A DNA stretch of 64,000 nucleotides, taken from the IMG/VR virus record IMGVR_UViG_3300023116_006877; one strand, written 5' to 3'. The stretch's first letter is position 1. Every line of letters starts with the position of its first letter. The notes under the pieces are model-generated. The model saw only the letters and a program-made list of their open reading frames with translations. It was not told the DNA's origin and searched no databases. Positions 58,865-64,000 of this stretch are shown piece by piece. Position numbers and translations under genes: made by a program. Source of the DNA: an uncultured virus (IMG/VR IMGVR_UViG_3300023116_006877). Taxonomy: Duplodnaviria; Heunggongvirae; Uroviricota; Caudoviricetes.

Positions 58865-59521
58865 ATGACTGATCAAGAAAATACTAAAAACATAAAAATA
58901 GAAGAAAAAAAGCCTCAAGACAAGAGTGGTATCAAAATGGAAGGGCATATTAAAATTTGGGATCCAACATCCGGCGAAGTGATTGTGGATAAAAGAAATG
59001 CAATCCATTATGAAAATATGAGTATATCTCTTGCAAAAAGTTTGGCCAACAAAAGCACAGGATTCATACACGAGATGGCATTTGGTAATGGAGGAACATC
59101 AGTGGACGAAACAGGAATAATCACGTATCTAACACCAAATACCACAGGAACAAATGCATCATTGTATAACAAAACTTATTATAAAGTAATCGATGATAAT
59201 TCAACATCGAATAAAGACACAACGAGAAATAAAATTGAAACAAGACATACAGCAGGAAACAAGTACACAGACATAGTGGTGACTTGTACACTGGATTATG
59301 GAGAACCAACAGGTCAAGCCGCATTTGATAACACAACAAATTTTAATGGTGATTATGTGTTTGATGAGTTAGGATTAGTAAGTTGGGAAGGTACAGAAAA
59401 TGGAACAACAAACAAATTATTGACTCATGTCATATTCCACCCTGTACAAAAATCTTTGAATAGGCTAATACAAATTGACTACACATTGAGAATTCAGTCA
59501 TTAACAACATTTACGGAATAA
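58865..59521 (+). CDS. Baseplate/tail-fibre attachment protein (likely start ATG 58865)
   Basis: MAFGNGG, FDELGL, LLTHVIFHPVQKSLNRLIQIDYTLRI; TAAATA at 58852-58857. Confidence 0.55.
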   Translation: MTDQENTKNIKIEEKKPQDKSGIKMEGHIKIWDPTSGEVIVDKRNAIHYENMSISLAKSLANKSTGFIHEMAFGNGGTSVDETGIITYLTPNTTGTNASLYNKTYYKVIDDNSTSNKDTTRNKIETRHTAGNKYTDIVVTCTLDYGEPTGQAAFDNTTNFNGDYVFDELGLVSWEGTENGTTNKLLTHVIFHPVQKSLNRLIQIDYTLRIQSLTTFTE

Positions 59522-59526
59522 GATAA

Positions 59527-61053
59527 ATGGCTTACATAGTAAACAAAACAAATAGTTCTGCTTCACCAAATCAGTTCGTGGTGTCAGACGGAACAGTAAA
59601 CAATCAGACAGATTTAAGGTTAGTAGGAAAAGGTTATTCCGGTTACGGAGAGGTCATTGCTGAAAATTTTTTACACTTGCTAGAAAATTTTTCAAACACA
59701 ACAGCACCCACAAAACCAGTAAAAGGACAACTTTGGTTCGATGAAACCTCAGGTAAATTAAAAGTATATGCAGGAACATCTTTTCAACCTGCGGGCGGTG
59801 CCACATATCAAAACACAGAACCATCTCAGGCAACAGCAGGAGACCTTTGGGTAAAAGAATCAACACAACAATTATATTTTAACAACGGGGTCGAACACGT
59901 TTTGGTAGGCCCGGCTTCTACAACAGCATCGGGTTTGTTTTTCAATGATATAAAAAAAGCATCAGATGATTCGGATGTTCAATTGCAACAACTCAAAGAC
60001 AATGCCACAACTATTGCAGTATTCAGCAAAGAGGACAACTACCAACCAAAAACTTCGATAGCAGGATTTCATACAATCTATAAAGGTATCACAATAAACA
60101 GACCAGGAACAGAATATGTGCCTGGCACATCTTTACCTAAATCGTCCACATATAAATTTTATGGCACGGCAACAAATGCTGATTCAGTGGGTGATTATCA
60201 AGCGTCTGATTTTGTTTTAAAACCTGCCGGGGTAACTTTGGATACAACAGGATTGACAGTTGGAGGTCAGAACAATTTCAAATTTACATCACAGGCAACA
60301 TACGAAGGTGTTATCAGTAACATCGAAAACAACAAAGATATAATTTTTAAAATCACAGATGGTGGTATCATAAAACCAATATTGACTTTAAATGCGGCAG
60401 AAAATATAGTTGAAGTAGGAACAACGACATATCCTAGTTCCATTGATGTCAAAGGTACAATAACATCAACAGGTACAATAACAGGTAACGTCACAGGAAA
60501 TTTAACAGGAACAGCATCAACGGCAAATGCGGTCACCGTCACGGCAAAGAACACAGAAAATACAACAGTATATCCGACCTTTGTCACAGGAACAGGATCG
60601 CAAAGTCTATATACAGATAGTGGTCTAAGTTATAATCCATCAACAAATATTCTCACAACAACAGCGGCGGCGGCGCAGTACGCTGACTTGGCAGAGATAT
60701 ACGAATCAGATGCCGAGTACGAGCCAGGAACTGTTGTAATATTTGGTGGAGACAAAGAAATTACTCAATGTAATGGAGGAAATGATACTAGAGTGGCAGG
60801 GGTAATCAGTGAAAATCCTGCTTATCTAATGAATTCAAATGCTACAGGCCAAGCAGTGGCATTGTTAGGAAAAGTCAAATGTAAAGTACAGGGATTCATT
60901 AGAAAAGGTGATATGTTAGGAACACACAACACATTACCTGGTGTGGCTAAAAAAATATCTTCGCCCGATCCTGGAACAATCATAGGAAAAGCATTAGAAG
61001 ATTACGATTCCGCAGAAATAGGCGCAATTAATATTGTAGTAGGAAGGTGCTAA
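59527..61053 (+). CDS. Tail fibre protein with C-terminal peptidase G2-like chaperone domain
   Basis: MAYIVNKT N-terminus; AQYADLAEIYESD...AGVISENPAYLMN...IIGKALED. Confidence 0.65.
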   Translation: MAYIVNKTNSSASPNQFVVSDGTVNNQTDLRLVGKGYSGYGEVIAENFLHLLENFSNTTAPTKPVKGQLWFDETSGKLKVYAGTSFQPAGGATYQNTEPSQATAGDLWVKESTQQLYFNNGVEHVLVGPASTTASGLFFNDIKKASDDSDVQLQQLKDNATTIAVFSKEDNYQPKTSIAGFHTIYKGITINRPGTEYVPGTSLPKSSTYKFYGTATNADSVGDYQASDFVLKPAGVTLDTTGLTVGGQNNFKFTSQATYEGVISNIENNKDIIFKITDGGIIKPILTLNAAENIVEVGTTTYPSSIDVKGTITSTGTITGNVTGNLTGTASTANAVTVTAKNTENTTVYPTFVTGTGSQSLYTDSGLSYNPSTNILTTTAAAAQYADLAEIYESDAEYEPGTVVIFGGDKEITQCNGGNDTRVAGVISENPAYLMNSNATGQAVALLGKVKCKVQGFIRKGDMLGTHNTLPGVAKKISSPDPGTIIGKALEDYDSAEIGAINIVVGRC

Positions 61054-61063
61054 ATATAAACAA

Positions 61064-62566
61064 ATGGCATACATAGTTAACAAAACAGATGGTACAGTAG
61101 TAACTACAATCGTAGACAGCACGATTGATAACACAACATCACTAACACTATTTGGAAAAAGTTATTCGGGTTTTGGTGAATTATTAAACGAAAACCTTGT
61201 AAAATTATTAGAAAATTCAGCATCTACATCGGCTCCAACTGCTCCTCTAAAAGGAGAGTTATGGTTTGACACTGTCAGTAATTCATTAAAAGTTTACGAC
61301 GGAACATCATTTAAACCATCAGGGGGTGCCAGAACCACGACAACAGAACCATCGTCACCATCAGCAGGTGACCTATGGCACAATTCAACAACAGATCAAG
61401 TTTATGTCTACTCAGGCAGTGCTTGGGTGTTGGTAGGACCAGTTTATTCATCAGGTCAAGGACAATCAGGATTTAAAATTGAAACGATCAACGACAACGG
61501 CGGAGTTGCAAGAGTTATATCTTCTCTTTACAACGGAGCAATCAGAGTTGCAATATTATCAAATGTGACATTTACACCTCAAGTGGCCATAACAGGATTT
61601 GCCTCAATAACAGCAGGATTAACGTTAAACAGTACACTGGGAGCATCATTTGCCGGATCAACAACATCAGCATCGGCAGTGGATATATCAGATACAACCA
61701 ATGCTTCAGCGACAATCATTGCTGGTGGTAACATGATGAGAAAAGACACCGATCAAACACTAGATGGTAGACTAACAGCAGAAACATCAATTACACTGGT
61801 GTCGGATGTATCTAGTCCTGCAGGCGGATTAGAGATGTCTATAACAGGTATCAATAACACAATTGCCAACAAGTCACAAGGTGGATTTTTAAATTTAGGT
61901 GTAAAACATTCAAGTGGTGATAAAACACCAATCACACTGGACGGAACAAACAACAGAGTGGGAATTCATACATCGGCGCCAACAGCGGATCTTGATATAA
62001 CAGGTAATGTTAAAATCACAGGAAATTTAAGTATCACAGGTGAGTACGAGCAGTTATCATCACAAATCAATTTGGTAGAAAATGCTTTCATTAAATTGAA
62101 TTCAGGAAATGCAGAAGCAGATGCTGGAATCATCGTAGAAACATCAGACACCGACGATGCCAGATTATTTTACAGAGTGTCAGATAACAATTGGGTAGCA
62201 GGTGAAGGAGGAACATATTCACAACTCATCACATTGACTGACGCAGTCACAGATGGACATTCTAACCCAGAGAGAGTTTTAAAGACCACATCAGCAGGAC
62301 TTGTGAAAGTCACAACTTTACAGTTGGGTGCTGTTGGTTCTAATATCTCCACAACAGATACATCAAATTTAAACGTTCCTACCACAGGACAAGTTGCTGA
62401 ATCAATTGGCAGATGGGGCGGATCTGTCACTACAGGCGGTGGAGCAGATACAGATGCAAGTAATAACATTGCTGGAAAACGATACATTGGTTTAGTGGCA
62501 CCGTCAGCCGGCGTAAACGATGCCGGAACTTCAGACGGAGACATTTGGTTTGTAAGGGAGGCATAA
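61064..62566 (+). CDS. Tail fibre protein (paralogue of 59527..61053)
   Basis: Shared MAYIVNKT...GKSYSGFGE..ENLVKLLEN...GELWFD N-terminal domain. Confidence 0.65.
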   Translation: MAYIVNKTDGTVVTTIVDSTIDNTTSLTLFGKSYSGFGELLNENLVKLLENSASTSAPTAPLKGELWFDTVSNSLKVYDGTSFKPSGGARTTTTEPSSPSAGDLWHNSTTDQVYVYSGSAWVLVGPVYSSGQGQSGFKIETINDNGGVARVISSLYNGAIRVAILSNVTFTPQVAITGFASITAGLTLNSTLGASFAGSTTSASAVDISDTTNASATIIAGGNMMRKDTDQTLDGRLTAETSITLVSDVSSPAGGLEMSITGINNTIANKSQGGFLNLGVKHSSGDKTPITLDGTNNRVGIHTSAPTADLDITGNVKITGNLSITGEYEQLSSQINLVENAFIKLNSGNAEADAGIIVETSDTDDARLFYRVSDNNWVAGEGGTYSQLITLTDAVTDGHSNPERVLKTTSAGLVKVTTLQLGAVGSNISTTDTSNLNVPTTGQVAESIGRWGGSVTTGGGADTDASNNIAGKRYIGLVAPSAGVNDAGTSDGDIWFVREA

Positions 62567-62570
62567 TACA

Positions 62571-63986
62571 ATGCCAACTATAACCAAAACATTTTCATAC
62601 ACAGGTACTACACAACAGGCAACAGTGTTGCCAGGCACATCCACGATAGACATAGAATTATGGGGCGGCGGCGGAGGTGGCGGCGGTGCCGACAGGAATC
62701 CAGGAGGTACGGGTGCTGGTGGATCTTATGTTGTGGCAACAGGTATAGATGTAAGTGCATTGGTTGGACAGACGATAAAAATTGGTGTTGGTGGCGGAGG
62801 CGCTGGAGGATCTGGTGGCGGTAACGCGGCAGGTGGTACCAACGGAAAAAGTTTAACAGGATATTCAGGCGGAGTCGGTGGTAATTCTGGACCGGCAGGT
62901 TCGTCAGGTGCTGGTGGTGGAGGAGGCGGAGCCTCTGTGATCACTATCGGTGGAACACAAATAGCAGTAGCAGGCGGTGGTGGTGCTGGTGGCGGTGGTG
63001 GAAACCATGGCATAGGAGCGTCAGCAACAGGATCAACATCGGCCACAGCAGGAACACCCGGAACATTGGGAGAAAACGGTGCCGGACACTCTGGAGACGG
63101 AGGTGGTGGCGGAGCCGGAGGCGGCGGAGCCAATGGAGGCCGAGGTGGAGCAGGAGCAAGTGGTGACACAGGTGGTCAAGGTGGTTACACAGGAACCAGT
63201 GCGGGAGGAACAGTAACATTGGCTTCTGGAACAACTCCAGGTGGCACAGGATCACCATACTATCCTTCGTCTATAGCATACGGTGGAGGTCGTGGAGGAT
63301 CAGGAGGAAACGGTCTAGTAAGAATAACTTTTAATATCAATGTTGACGCACACACAAAAGTTGGCGGAGACTGGAAAAAAATTAACGAAATGTACACAAA
63401 GGTTGACGGTGCCTGGAAGACCATAACTGCCGCTTACACAAAAGTTGGTGGAATATGGAAAGCAATGTTCAATTCGGGAGTTACATTTTCTCCCACTTCG
63501 GCAGATTTTGGAGATTCAACAGGTAATTCTACATCGGCTTCATCAGGATCTGGTGGCGGTGGTTGTTTCTTGGCAGGCACAATGATCACAATGGCAGATG
63601 GATCATTCAAACCAGTCGAACAGGTAGATATCAAAGACGAGGTAGCAGTGGGAGGATTTGTTTTTGCCACTGGTAAATTCTTGGTTGATAATTTATACGA
63701 TTACAAAGGAATCAAGGTTGCAGGCACACACATGGTCAAAGAAGACGGTAAATGGACAAGGGTTGAAAACAGTAAACACGGAGTATCGCTAGGTGATGAC
63801 GAGCATATAGTTTATGTGTTTGGATCAGAAAATAGAAGAATAATTATTAATGGTATAGAATTTACCGACTATTTCGAATTAAGCGAACAGCAAGAATTAA
63901 TAAATCACGGCGAAGGAATATTCAGTAATTGGCAAAATCATGATAGACAAATACATGATAAAAATGTTAATATACTAAATGCTTGA
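62571..63986 (+). CDS. Glycine-rich (adhesin-like) protein with C-terminal Hint domain
   Basis: FSYTG...LWGGGGGGG poly-Gly repeats; KVGGDWK repeats; GGGG-CFLAGTMITMADG...AGTH Hint motifs. Confidence 0.75.
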   Translation: MPTITKTFSYTGTTQQATVLPGTSTIDIELWGGGGGGGGADRNPGGTGAGGSYVVATGIDVSALVGQTIKIGVGGGGAGGSGGGNAAGGTNGKSLTGYSGGVGGNSGPAGSSGAGGGGGGASVITIGGTQIAVAGGGGAGGGGGNHGIGASATGSTSATAGTPGTLGENGAGHSGDGGGGGAGGGGANGGRGGAGASGDTGGQGGYTGTSAGGTVTLASGTTPGGTGSPYYPSSIAYGGGRGGSGGNGLVRITFNINVDAHTKVGGDWKKINEMYTKVDGAWKTITAAYTKVGGIWKAMFNSGVTFSPTSADFGDSTGNSTSASSGSGGGGCFLAGTMITMADGSFKPVEQVDIKDEVAVGGFVFATGKFLVDNLYDYKGIKVAGTHMVKEDGKWTRVENSKHGVSLGDDEHIVYVFGSENRRIIINGIEFTDYFELSEQQELINHGEGIFSNWQNHDRQIHDKNVNILNA

Positions 63987-64000
63987 TAAAAGTTTTTACC

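Noticed and set aside
62660..63310. GGN-rich DNA repeats as a non-coding repeat or G-quadruplex element
   Set aside because: Explained by poly-glycine codons with varied third positions
63564..63986. Canonical protein-splicing intein
   Set aside because: No terminal His-Asn followed by Cys/Ser/Thr and no endonuclease domain; better read as a cleavage-type Hint domain
59527..63986. Diversity-generating retroelement or invertible fibre cassette
   Set aside because: No reverse transcriptase or invertase and no near-identical TR/VR or inverted repeats seen; paralogy is at protein level only
609..63986. Stop-codon reassignment
   Set aside because: Genes are full length and densely packed under the standard code, with TAA, TAG and TGA all used as stops

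Overview
A 64-kb segment of an AT-rich, divergent T4-superfamily myophage genome, probably aquatic; the host cannot be determined from the sequence. Left part (mostly minus strand): paralogous fibre/virion proteins, then the head module (major capsid, scaffold, prohead protease, acidic core protein, portal) and a tape-measure-like gene. Middle (22.8-35 kb): a tail-assembly chaperone with an apparent -1 frameshift, a DUF1415-like gene, an ATE/Bpt-like aminoacyl-tRNA-protein transferase, a ~440-nt highly structured non-coding region (candidate large ncRNA) divergent from a GIY-YIG nuclease, a TctA/TctC transporter plus modification enzymes, an Hc1-like histone protein, gp46/gp47 and an enlarged gp55-like late sigma factor. 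Right part (plus strand): baseplate module including a 4731-aa protein, two fibre proteins, and a glycine-rich protein ending in a Hint autoprocessing domain. TAAATA late promoters and intrinsic terminators punctuate the structural operons. All product calls come from motif recognition by eye; no database searches were run.
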